DNA of 32,000 nucleotides from Chloroflexota bacterium (GCA_022572805.1 JACZVF010000001.1:22314-54313); one strand, 5' to 3'. Counted from the stretch's first letter, positions 1 to 7,954 are shown. Program-made: numbers and translations. Notes: a model not told the origin generated them from the letters alone.

Positions 1-982
1 CCAGGCGAACGTTCTGGCCCTCTTTGCCAATGGCCAACGACAACTGACGCTCGGGAACCACGGCCGTCGCGGTCTGGTCATCAACATTCAGCTCCACCTT
101 CATGACCTGAGCGGGGCTAAGCGCGTTGGCCAGGAATATGGCGGCCTCCTTATTCCACTCGACCACGTCAATCTTCTCGCCGTGAAGTTCGTTGACGATA
201 TTCTGTATTCGCACGCCGCGCAGTCCCACACATGAGCCCACGGGGTCAACGCCATCTTGCGTGGCTCTAACGGCGACCTTGCTGCGAGAACCCGGCTCGC
301 GCGCGATGGAGTCGATCTCCACCGCACCGCTGAATATCTCCGGCACTTCCATCTCGAACAGCCGCCTGAGTAGCAGAGTATCCGCCCTGGAAACTATAAG
401 CTCGGGGCCCTTGCTGGACCGCTCCACGGTCTTGAGCAACACCTTCATCTTGTTCCCGCTGCGATAACGCTCTATAGGCACCTGCTCACTTATCGGGAGC
501 ACGGCCTCGGCGCGGCCAAGAGCGACGATGACCTGCTTCGGCTCCACCCGTTGGATGTTTACCGAGAAGACCTCGCCCTCCTTGTCCTCGTACTCCATGA
601 ATACGATCTCGCGCTCAGCCTCCCGCAGCCTTTGCATGACGACCTGCTTGGCCGTCTGGGCAGCGATGCGTCCTGCTGTGTGCGGCATGCTTTCCGTGAC
701 TACAGTGCCGTCCATCTCAACTTCTGGATTGAATTTCTTGGCATCCTTCAGCGTGATCTCAGTCTGCTCATCGGTGACCTCTTCCACGACCGTTTTCAGG
801 ATATTGACGGTTACGTCACCGGTGCCGGGATCCAGCTTTACGGATACATTCTGATTAGCTGTTATGCTGTCCTTGCGATAGGCCGACACCAGCGCGGCCT
901 CAATGGCTGATAGCACAATTTCCCTAGGAAGCCCGCGTTCGGCTGCCAACTGAGTTAGGGCGACGATGAAATCGCTCTTCAT
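1..982 (-). CDS. nusA: Transcription termination/antitermination factor NusA, N-terminal ~327 codons; the 3' end runs off the left edge of the window
   Basis: Not in the ORF track because it is open to the window edge. The reverse-complement translation from ATG (980-982 on +) reads MKSDFIVALTQLAAERGLPREIVLSAIEAALVSAYRK...GRIAAQTAKQVVMQRLREAEREIVF...IVSRADTLLLRRLFEMEVPEI...VAVRATQDGVDPVGSCVGLRGVRIQNIVNELHGEKIDVV. This is the typical NusA N-terminal, S1 and KH domain sequence. AAGGAGG lies 8 nt upstream of the ATG. Confidence 0.93.
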   Translation of the reverse strand, partial: MKSDFIVALTQLAAERGLPREIVLSAIEAALVSAYRKDSITANQNVSVKLDPGTGDVTVNILKTVVEEVTDEQTEITLKDAKKFNPEVEMDGTVVTESMPHTAGRIAAQTAKQVVMQRLREAEREIVFMEYEDKEGEVFSVNIQRVEPKQVIVALGRAEAVLPISEQVPIERYRSGNKMKVLLKTVERSSKGPELIVSRADTLLLRRLFEMEVPEIFSGAVEIDSIAREPGSRSKVAVRATQDGVDPVGSCVGLRGVRIQNIVNELHGEKIDVVEWNKEAAIFLANALSPAQVMKVELNVDDQTATAVVPERQLSLAIGKEGQNVRL

Positions 983-1015
983 ACCTTCAGCCTCCTTGTG
1001 CTGTAGCCAAAACCC

Positions 1016-1050
1016 TTATTAAAAAAGAAAGTGGGGACACCCCACTCTCA
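1016..1050 (-). terminator. Intrinsic terminator hairpin inside the nusA 5' leader (candidate attenuator)
   Basis: Minus strand reads GAGAGUGGGG-UGU-CCCCACUUUC followed by UUUUUUAAU. This is a GC-rich ~10-bp stem with a U-tract. It lies between the predicted nusA promoter (1075-1104) and the nusA ATG (982). Confidence 0.7.
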
Positions 1051-1074
1051 AACAAAAGGACATAATCTCGCTTG

Positions 1075-1104
1075 ATTATAGCATTTAATCCTACCGCTGT
1101 TCAA
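1075..1104 (-). promoter_or_regulatory. Sigma-70-like promoter for nusA: TTGAAC, 18-nt spacer, TGcTATAAT (extended -10)
   Basis: Minus strand reads cTTGAACagcggtaggattaaaTGcTATAATcaag. The -35 is at 1104..1099 and the -10 at 1080..1075. Confidence 0.55.
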
Positions 1105-1335
1105 GCTGGATTGGCTTCAAAATCTGGTCCCACAGCAGATTTAGCCGCAACGCGCACCTTGCGGGAAATTTAAGGCATAGCGGCATATAATATCTTACTT
1201 GCCCGCACGTGGTAGAGTTGAGCGCCGCGGTGCAAAGACAGACACATATCGGAGCCACACCTCGTAGCGAATAAGGGCAACGAATTTGGGAGAGCGAAGG
1301 TAGTACGACTTTTGGGACATGCCCTGAGGCAAACA

Positions 1336-2109
1336 ATGGGGGCGAATTTATTACTGATCGCCTTGCTGTTCCCCATGTTTATTAGCGCCGGGTGCGGCGC
1401 GGGCGATAAAGATGTCCTGGTGTTTTCGGCCACCAGCCTTACTGACGCATTGGACGAGGTTATCTCTGAATTCGAGGCGACGGGCGGCGGCGAGGTGCTG
1501 GTGAGCTACGGCGGCTCCCAGACGCTGGCGCAGCAGATTGCCAACGGCGCGCCTGCTGATATCTTCATTTCTGCCGGCCGGTTTCCCGTTGATTTTCTAG
1601 ACGACCGCGAGGTTGAATCGCAAAAGAGGGAGGACCTTCTGTCCAACCGGCTGGTGCTGGTGGTCGGCCGAAGCAGGCCGGAAATAATGGACTTGGCGGA
1701 GCTCGCGTCGGACGACGTAGGCCGAGTGGCATTAGCGGCTCCGGACCTGGCCCCGGCCGGCGGCTACGCCAAAGAATCACTGGTCAGCTTGGGCCTGTGG
1801 GATGCACTCCAGCGCAAGATGGTGTTTGGCGCAGACGTGCGCGCCACAATGGCGTATGTCGAGTCCGGCAACGCTGACGTGGCGTTTGTGTACCGGACCG
1901 ACGCCGCCATCGCCGGAGGTCTGGAGGTAATTGATGTGGTGCCCGTCGATTCCTACCCCCAAATCGTCTACCCTGCCTTGCTGATGAACGGCGCCTCAAA
2001 TACCGCAGCAGAGTTTTTTAGATTCTTGAGCGGCGAAAGGGCGTCAGCTATATTTGACGCTCGCGGATTTATCGTATTGGATGAGGGGCCGGAAGATGAA
2101 CGAAATTAG
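1336..2109 (+). CDS. modA: Molybdate ABC transporter substrate-binding protein, probable lipoprotein
   Basis: The ORF is 1312..2109. The likely start is ATG 1336, with GAGG 7 nt upstream. A signal peptide ends in ISAGC (lipobox-like). The mature part (VFSATSLTDALDEV...VSYGGSQTLAQQIANGAPADIFISA...APAGGYAKESL) is ModA-like. It is followed by modB and modC. Confidence 0.85.
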   Translation: MGANLLLIALLFPMFISAGCGAGDKDVLVFSATSLTDALDEVISEFEATGGGEVLVSYGGSQTLAQQIANGAPADIFISAGRFPVDFLDDREVESQKREDLLSNRLVLVVGRSRPEIMDLAELASDDVGRVALAAPDLAPAGGYAKESLVSLGLWDALQRKMVFGADVRATMAYVESGNADVAFVYRTDAAIAGGLEVIDVVPVDSYPQIVYPALLMNGASNTAAEFFRFLSGERASAIFDARGFIVLDEGPEDERN

Positions 2110-2130
2110 CAGCGAGGCCGGCAGCTTCTA

Positions 2131-2808
2131 ATGGAAGTCCTGCCAATCATAGCCCTGACTCTGCAAATAGCCCTGGTGGCCACGGTCATCGATGTGCCCT
2201 TCGCCATCGGACTCAGCTGGCTAATAATCAAGAAGCGAGTGCCGGGAAGCTTCGTCCTGGACATACTGGCGTCCCTGCCACTGGCGGTGCCCCCCGTGGT
2301 TGTGGGCTACCTTCTGCTCATCCTGCTGGGCAGAAACGGGCCCGTCGGCGGCATTATTCAGAGTCTATTCGGTACCGACATCGTATTCACCTGGCTGGCC
2401 GCGGCAATGGCCGCTTCCATAGTGTCGTTCCCCCTGATGGCCCGCACGATCATGGTGTCCATGAGAGGCGTGGACGAGGGTCTGGAGCGCTCCGCCAGAA
2501 GCCTTGGGGCAAGCGCCTGGAGGGTGCTTTTCACCATCACAATTCCCCTCGCATACCGGGGCATACTGGCGGGCGTCCTCCTCGGCTTCGTTCGAGCCAT
2601 GAGCGAGTTCGGGGCCACGATTGTCGTTGCAGGCAACATTCCCGGCCGAACCCAAACGCTGCCGCTGGCCATTTTCTCCAGGGTACAGCTTGGCGACAAC
2701 GAAGTGGCGCTGCGTCTGGTGGCCGTATCCATTGGGCTGGCCGTAATCACGCTGGCCCTGCACAACTGGCTTTTGGAGCGCTCCCAGGCCGGTCCCGAGG
2801 TCACGTAG
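2131..2808 (+). CDS. modB: Molybdate ABC transporter permease
   Basis: 225-aa multi-pass membrane protein. It carries the ABC permease EAA-like loop (SARSLGASAWRVLFTITIPLAYRGILAG) and lies between modA and modC. Confidence 0.85.
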   Translation: MEVLPIIALTLQIALVATVIDVPFAIGLSWLIIKKRVPGSFVLDILASLPLAVPPVVVGYLLLILLGRNGPVGGIIQSLFGTDIVFTWLAAAMAASIVSFPLMARTIMVSMRGVDEGLERSARSLGASAWRVLFTITIPLAYRGILAGVLLGFVRAMSEFGATIVVAGNIPGRTQTLPLAIFSRVQLGDNEVALRLVAVSIGLAVITLALHNWLLERSQAGPEVT

Positions 2809-2821
2809 AGCATATCTGATT

Positions 2822-3922
2822 ATGATCAGCCCCATTGTAGATTTCCACATCGTCAAGAAATATCCAAATTTTACGTTGGACTGTCGGGCGTCATTCGAGT
2901 CAGGTGTCACGGCCGTATTCGGAGCTTCCGGCAGCGGCAAATCGACTCTCCTTAATTGCATCGCCGGCACGGTCCACCCGGATGAGGGTCACATTAATTT
3001 CCGGGGCCGACGGTTCTTTTCTTCCGAGAGCGGCGAGCAGTTGCCGCCGGATAAACGCCGTTTCGGGTACGTCTTTCAGCACCCGGCGCTGTTTCCGCAC
3101 ATGAACGTCAAAAGCAACATTATGTACGGGTTCAAGCTGACGCCTGAATCACAGCGAAAAATACGCATTGAGCAGGTGGTCGATCTTTTTCAGTTGTCCG
3201 ACCTGATGGGACGACGGACAGACAACCTATCTGGGGGAGAGAAGCAGAGGGTGGCGCTGGCCAGGGCCCTGGCCACGTCTCCGGACCTTCTGCTTTTGGA
3301 TGAGCCGCTGGCTTCGCTGGACGGCGCGTTTCGCGGGGTGATTATCGAGTACCTGAAGCGTGTACGCCGTGAGCTGGGCACGCCAATGATCTACGTCTCG
3401 CACTCGATATCGGAGGTGATGGCGCTGGCCGACCGTATGCTGGTGCTAAGGAATGGCCGGCCTGTGACATACGGCAACGTGTCGAGCGCCCTGGTCCACC
3501 CCGGCCTGGCCGACATAGCCGATTACACCACGCTCGAAAACCTGCTGGAGGCGGAGGTAATGGCGGTAGGGGGAAGCGGAGGACTGGCCGAACTCAGAGT
3601 CGGAGATGCGACGTTAGTCGCGCCCAAGACCCATCGCGAACCGGGAGAAAAGGTGATGGTGTCCATCCGCGCCGGCGACATTATTTTGGCCGGAGAGATA
3701 CCGGCACGAATAAGCGCGCGCAACACAATAAGGTCCACCATCCGCGAAATACACATCCTGGACTCCAGCGTGCTGATCTACGCCGACATCGGTGTCCGGG
3801 TAATCGTGGAGATTACTCAGGCATCTCTGACTGAGCTTGACCTGAAGGTAGGCGAGGACATCTTCCTGATAATCAAGACCAACAGCGTGGTTGTGCTGGA
3901 CGCCCCCGGTAGCTCATCATAA
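2822..3922 (+). CDS. modC: Molybdate ABC transporter ATP-binding protein with C-terminal TOBE/Mop-like domain
   Basis: Walker A GASGSGKST, signature LSGGEKQRV, Walker B LLLLDEP, and a ~130-aa C-terminal extension typical of ModC. Confidence 0.85.
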   Translation: MISPIVDFHIVKKYPNFTLDCRASFESGVTAVFGASGSGKSTLLNCIAGTVHPDEGHINFRGRRFFSSESGEQLPPDKRRFGYVFQHPALFPHMNVKSNIMYGFKLTPESQRKIRIEQVVDLFQLSDLMGRRTDNLSGGEKQRVALARALATSPDLLLLDEPLASLDGAFRGVIIEYLKRVRRELGTPMIYVSHSISEVMALADRMLVLRNGRPVTYGNVSSALVHPGLADIADYTTLENLLEAEVMAVGGSGGLAELRVGDATLVAPKTHREPGEKVMVSIRAGDIILAGEIPARISARNTIRSTIREIHILDSSVLIYADIGVRVIVEITQASLTELDLKVGEDIFLIIKTNSVVVLDAPGSSS

Positions 3923-3940
3923 CCGGCGGCCCTCGGGTCG

Positions 3941-4669
3941 TTATGTGGGCGATGGGGCAACGGCGGCCTGTCCCGTTGGGCAGACATCAAGTAAGCAACA
4001 GCCAGAGCACACCGGCCTCTTTTGGCAGGTCTCCCGGCCGTGACGAACGATGAGCGCGTGATACTCCGAATACATGTCCCTGTCCTCCGCAAGATGTCTG
4101 ATGAACAGGTTTTGGTACAGGGCATAAGACCCGGCCTCCGGCGCGAGTCCCAGGCGATGAAGCAAACGTCTGGCGTATGTGTCTATGACGAAGACCGGCT
4201 TACCCAGTGGATAGAGCAGGATATCATCGGCCGTCTCCTCGCCGATGCCGTACACCTGCAGAAGCTGCGCCCTCATTATGCCGGTCTCGACATGCGCCAT
4301 CGAGCCTATGTCGTCGTCGAACTTCGCTCCGATGAACTCGGCCAGCGCCTTCAGCTTGCGGGCCTTGGCGTTGTAGTAGCCGCTGGGGTAGACGAGCCGC
4401 GCCAGATCGTCGTCACCAAGCTCCCGTAATGCCTTCGGAGACAAAGCGTTGACGCCCTTCAAGTTGGCTATGGCCTTCTCCACGTTGGTCCAGGAGGCAG
4501 CCTGTGTCAGCACCGCGCCAACCATCATCTCGAAAGGCGAATCGCCGGGCCACCAGTCCTGCGGCCCGTAACGGCGCAGCAGTGCCTTGTAGACGGTAGT
4601 AAGCTTGTCGCCAATGGGCGTTTCGTCAACGCTCCCGTCGCGCGTCCTGTCAACGCATTCGTTAGCCAA
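3941..4669 (-). CDS. Endonuclease III-related HhH-GPD family protein with a 4-Cys cluster motif
   Basis: 242 aa. Contains WWPGDSPFEMMVGAVLTQAASWTNVEKA and a helix-hairpin-helix region GIGEETADDILLY. The C-terminal C-x6-C-x2-C-x5-C motif (CQKRPVCSGCCLLDVC) resembles the EndoIII [4Fe-4S] loop. The start overlaps the sfsA stop by 8 nt. Confidence 0.8.
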   Translation of the reverse strand: MANECVDRTRDGSVDETPIGDKLTTVYKALLRRYGPQDWWPGDSPFEMMVGAVLTQAASWTNVEKAIANLKGVNALSPKALRELGDDDLARLVYPSGYYNAKARKLKALAEFIGAKFDDDIGSMAHVETGIMRAQLLQVYGIGEETADDILLYPLGKPVFVIDTYARRLLHRLGLAPEAGSYALYQNLFIRHLAEDRDMYSEYHALIVRHGRETCQKRPVCSGCCLLDVCPTGQAAVAPSPT

Positions 4670-5534
4670 GGCCGTCCAGCCTCACGGGAATGCGGTCGGT
4701 TATGGCGACCTCCTTCAGGCTCACCCGGCACCTGTAAGCGTAAATCTCAACGCCGTGGACGTTGGCCTCCACCAGCGCCTCGTAAAAGTCCGGGTCTGAG
4801 GCCACGTTAGGCACCAGAACGTCGGCGTCCGGCCTCTGCACTACAAACACCACGGCAGCCCGATACCCCTCCTTAACAGCGTTGCACAGGTTTAGCACGT
4901 GCTTCCGGCCCCGGCTGGTAGGCGCGTCTGGGAACAGGGCCACTCTTTCCCCACGCTCGTCACCTACGGGGTTTACCAGCGTTACCGACTTCGCCTCGAC
5001 CAGGCAGGTGGAACTCCCACCAGTCAAAAGCAGGTCCAGGCGGCTGTCGCCGTGCGTCACCTCGCTCCGCACCTGGTCGAATCCGGCGAATTCAGGAAGC
5101 CGTCCGGACTCTATGGCCTCGCGCAGCAGGTGGTTGGGCAGTCGGGCGTCGGCGGACACCAGCACACCCTCGACATCCACAAGCCGCAGGTCGTGGGTCG
5201 TCTTGCGCTTCGTGGCCTTGGGATTCGTGGGAAGGGGAGCCGCCGAAAGCCAGAGCGTGTTCGCCGGCGAGAGCAGCTCCCGCAACCTGCCGGAGTTGGC
5301 CACGTGGCAGAGCACCCGCCGGCCATTTACATCGGCGAGCATGGCGAAGCGGTTTAGCCTTTCCACGAAGGCCGCCTTGACCATGTTTTCCGGCAACCTC
5401 AAGTCCGCTTTACCTCTCTGGATGTTTGAATGCAACGATTGGGCCTGATTCCAGCGGCGCCGGCGCACATCGGCCATTGAAAGGGCCGCGATTTCCAAAT
5501 TGTCGCACAGCGCCTGGCCCTTGCCCCTGTCCAA
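4662..5534 (-). CDS. sfsA: SfsA family protein (sugar fermentation stimulation protein homolog; DNA-binding, nuclease-fold)
   Basis: FVERLNRFAMLADVNGRRVLCHVANSGRLRELL..., DLLL...CLVEAKSVTL and SRGRKHV are SfsA-like. Coordinates give the maximal ORF (TTG at 5534). The homologous region starts near residue 45, so ATG 5477 is a more likely start. The start is uncertain. Confidence 0.8.
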   Translation of the reverse strand: MDRGKGQALCDNLEIAALSMADVRRRRWNQAQSLHSNIQRGKADLRLPENMVKAAFVERLNRFAMLADVNGRRVLCHVANSGRLRELLSPANTLWLSAAPLPTNPKATKRKTTHDLRLVDVEGVLVSADARLPNHLLREAIESGRLPEFAGFDQVRSEVTHGDSRLDLLLTGGSSTCLVEAKSVTLVNPVGDERGERVALFPDAPTSRGRKHVLNLCNAVKEGYRAAVVFVVQRPDADVLVPNVASDPDFYEALVEANVHGVEIYAYRCRVSLKEVAITDRIPVRLDGLG

Positions 5535-5605
5535 GAAGCAGACTAAACTGAATCTACAGGTTCAGGGGCCAACGTCCCCGGCCAAACCAGAAGGGAAGCC
5601 CGGCA

Positions 5606-6442
5606 TTGAATCCGTTTCTACAACGCCTCCGGAACGCCTGCGACGCCACCGGCAGCCTGGTAAGCATTGGGCTGGACCCCGACCAGGAGCGCATGCCAAT
5701 AGACGTCCTCGACTTCAACAAAGAGATAATCGACGCCACCAGGGACCTGGTCTGCACCTACAAGCCCAACGTCGCATTTTACGAGGCGCTGGGCATGCCC
5801 GGTCTGGAGGCGCTCCGCAAGACCATTGAGCACATAAGGGATGTGGCCCCTCAGGTGATTATACTGGGCGACGCGAAACGGGGTGACATCGCCTCCACTA
5901 ACGCCGCATATGCCAAGGCCCTGTTCGATGTGTGGGGATTCGACGCCATTACCGTGAACGGGTTCGCAGGCGGCGAGTCATTGGAGCCTTTCTTCAAATA
6001 CGAGGAGAAAGGGGTGTTCGTGTGGTGCCGGTCGTCCAACCCGGGCTCACAAGAATTTCAGGACCTGCGAGTCAGCGCCAACGGACAGCAGCCCCTGTTT
6101 TACGAGTGGATGGCCGAGCGGTCCATGGACTGGAACACCCGGGGAAACGTCTGTCTGGTGGTTGGAGCAACCTACCCCGACCAGCTTGGCGAAGTGAGGG
6201 CCCGCTGCCCGGGCATGCCGATGCTCATCCCGGCGGTAGGGGCCCAGGGCGGAGATCTGGAAAGCTCCGTAAAGTATGGTATAGACTCCGAATACCCGAA
6301 TATTATTATAAACTCTTCCAGAAGCATCATATATGCAAAACCAGGTAGGGACGACTTCGCACAGGCCGCCAGAACGGCTGCCCAGAATCTGCGGGACAAG
6401 ATCAATCGTATCGTCAAGGAAGTAGGTATGGAGTGGCCATAG
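5606..6442 (+). CDS. pyrF: Orotidine 5'-phosphate decarboxylase, type 2
   Basis: 278 aa with a TTG start. Contains SLVSIGLDPD, TYKPNVAFYEALG and ILGDAKRGDIASTNAAYA (catalytic DxKxxD region), which fit a long-form PyrF. Confidence 0.88.
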   Translation: MNPFLQRLRNACDATGSLVSIGLDPDQERMPIDVLDFNKEIIDATRDLVCTYKPNVAFYEALGMPGLEALRKTIEHIRDVAPQVIILGDAKRGDIASTNAAYAKALFDVWGFDAITVNGFAGGESLEPFFKYEEKGVFVWCRSSNPGSQEFQDLRVSANGQQPLFYEWMAERSMDWNTRGNVCLVVGATYPDQLGEVRARCPGMPMLIPAVGAQGGDLESSVKYGIDSEYPNIIINSSRSIIYAKPGRDDFAQAARTAAQNLRDKINRIVKEVGMEWP

Positions 6443-6633
6443 AGCTGCACATGGGCGACTCTGTGCGGCTAAAAAAGGTACACCCCTGCGGGTCCTACGA
6501 GTGGGAGGTGGTGCGCCTTGGTGCGGACATAGGCATACGCTGCCGAAGCTGCAAGCGCAAAGTGATGATGTCAAGGTCGGATCTCGCAAAAAGGATGAAA
6601 GGAAGCCCTTGGAAGACACGTCCGCAAGTTTGA
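6433..6633 (+). CDS. DUF951 family small protein
   Basis: GDSVRLKKVHPCGSYEWEVVRLGADIGIRCRSCKRKVMMSRSDLAKRMK matches the DUF951 pattern as I recall it (KK-HPCG...W...R-GaDi...C..C). The start is either GTG 6433 (overlapping the pyrF end) or ATG 6451. Confidence 0.75.
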   Translation: MAIELHMGDSVRLKKVHPCGSYEWEVVRLGADIGIRCRSCKRKVMMSRSDLAKRMKGSPWKTRPQV

Positions 6634-6764
6634 TGCCGTGCCGGATATGTTTATCCGTGAACTGTGGGTTAAACGGTTGTTTGAAGGGTAACAGACTGGT
6701 GGTTCGGATTCGGAAATAGCTGCCGTTGCAGAGCGATTTAGACGCCGCCGAGCCGTCAATCCCG

Positions 6765-6793
6765 TTGACACCGTATTTGCCACTACTTAGAAT
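6765..6793 (+). promoter_or_regulatory. Sigma-70-like promoter: TTGACA, 17-nt spacer, TAGAAT
   Basis: TTGACA is at 6765-6770, followed by a 17-nt spacer and TAGAAT at 6788-6793. It sits ~110 nt upstream of the BFN-family gene. Confidence 0.6.
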
Positions 6794-6904
6794 GAATTGG
6801 CGTTTCTCAGGGGAACCGATGCCGTCGAGCCCGAAAGCCCCGAAGATTTCCCGATTAGGATTCGCCGGGATTGCCCTGGGTTCCTATGAAGAAGGAGTGG
6901 GTCA

Positions 6905-7450
6905 ATGCTGGAACTGGTCATTGACAGTATTAGAGTAAGCCTGATGAACTACCAGAGGGTTGTCATCCTCCGGGTCAAGGATTCAGACAAGTACCTGCCG
7001 ATATGGATCGGCCCCTCGGAGGCGGACGCGATCGCCCTCAAACTCCAGGACGTCTCCGTGCCCAGGCCGCTAACCCACGACCTGCTGCGTTCCATCATCA
7101 CCTCGCTGGGCGCAACCGTGGACCACATCGTTGTATCCGACCTGAGCAACGACACCTTTTTCGCCAAGATCGTGATCCAGCACAACGGCGACAAGATGGA
7201 GATAGACTCCCGCCCAAGTGACGCAATTGCGCTGGCAGTGCGAACGCATGCCCCCATATTCGCGGATGACAGCGTGGTGGAGAAGGCCGGCGTCCAGATG
7301 GACATGGAAACCGGCAAGCCCATTGTCGAAGAAGGCGACGACGGCAAGCCGCGCCCGCTCCGCGAGGAGGAACTGAAAAGCCTGTCGGCTTTCCAGGACT
7401 TCATAGGCACGTTGGACCTGGAAGACCTGGGAAAAACGGACAAGAGCTAA
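6905..7450 (+). CDS. Bifunctional nuclease family protein (BFN/DUF151 domain)
   Basis: 181 aa. VVILRVKDSDKYLPIWIGPSEADAIALKLQDVSVPRPLTHDLL...DTFFAKIVI...IDSRPSDAIALAVRTHAPIF is the characteristic BFN-domain sequence. Confidence 0.82.
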   Translation: MLELVIDSIRVSLMNYQRVVILRVKDSDKYLPIWIGPSEADAIALKLQDVSVPRPLTHDLLRSIITSLGATVDHIVVSDLSNDTFFAKIVIQHNGDKMEIDSRPSDAIALAVRTHAPIFADDSVVEKAGVQMDMETGKPIVEEGDDGKPRPLREEELKSLSAFQDFIGTLDLEDLGKTDKS

Positions 7451-7503
7451 GCCACACAAACACTGCGCCCCGAGCGGGCCATAAATGCCACTTGAATAGT
7501 ACC

Positions 7504-7540
7504 GTGCGCCCCGTCGTCACCTACAGGGCGCACTTTGTTT
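7504..7540 (+). terminator. Rho-independent terminator after the BFN-family gene
   Basis: Stem GTGCGCCC (7504-7511) pairs with GGGCGCAC (7526-7533), followed by TTTGTTT. Confidence 0.7.
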
Positions 7541-7559
7541 GAGACGCACGCGATTTCAA

Positions 7560-7600
7560 TTGACCCTCCGAAAAAGCTTGTGATATACTACACAAGCTTT
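7560..7600 (+). promoter_or_regulatory. ATP synthase operon promoter (TTGACC, 18-nt spacer, TATACT) overlapped by a Rex-operator-like palindrome
   Basis: The -35 TTGACC is at 7560-7565 and the -10 TATACT at 7584-7589. A perfect 10-bp inverted repeat, AAAGCTTGTG (7573-7582) and CACAAGCTTT (7591-7600), flanks the -10. Its core TTGTGATATACTACACAA (7578-7595) matches the Rex consensus TTGTGAA-N4-TTCACAA at 12 of 14 specified positions. Confidence 0.6.
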
Positions 7601-7628
7601 CGCGGAGGCCCCCTATGAACGCCAGCCT

Positions 7629-7874
7629 ATGAACGCCACAAGGATGGGAACCGTACTCCAGCTTGTAGGCATTGGCTGGTACGTAGGAATCTGCATCGCC
7701 GGGGGCAGCTTTGGCGGCCTTTGGCTGGATAGGAAATTCGACACGGGGCCGCTGCTCACGCTTCTCGGTCTTGCCGCAGGAATTGCCATTGCTTTGGTAG
7801 GCATGTTCAGGATGCTCATGGCCGTGTTGTCCGACGACGCAGGACCAGACAATTCGCGCGGCTCACCGGCATAA
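7629..7874 (+). CDS. atpZ: AtpZ/AtpI-type small membrane protein of the F1Fo operon
   Basis: 81 aa with two hydrophobic helices (LQLVGIGWYVGICIAGG; LLTLLGLAAGIAIALVGMF). It is the first gene of the atp operon. The start is ambiguous between ATG 7629 and ATG 7644. Confidence 0.7.
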   Translation: MNATRMGTVLQLVGIGWYVGICIAGGSFGGLWLDRKFDTGPLLTLLGLAAGIAIALVGMFRMLMAVLSDDAGPDNSRGSPA

Positions 7875-7954
7875 GTTTGTCGATTCAGCCCGGTGTGAAA
7901 TCTTTGCGACAAGGGGCCCGCGTGAAAGTTTTTGATACAGGAAGGTAGGAGATA

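Noticed and set aside
1105-1335. Possible Moco (molybdenum cofactor) riboswitch or other leader element upstream of modA; possible rimP in minus-strand ORFs 1091..1336 and 1170..1433
   Set aside because: I could not recognise Moco-motif conserved elements from memory, so cmsearch with RF01055 would be decisive. The minus-strand ORF translations are Cys/Arg-rich, show no similarity to RimP, and overlap the modA start.
6643-6658. Hairpin CGGATA-tgtt-TATCCG after the DUF951 gene as a terminator
   Set aside because: It is only a 6-bp AU-containing stem, and no T-tract follows.
6726-6938. 70-aa + strand ORF bridging the intergenic region and the start of the BFN-family gene
   Set aside because: It starts inside the promoter region and runs through the predicted -35, -10 and leader. 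It overlaps the real gene out of frame and has no protein-like features.
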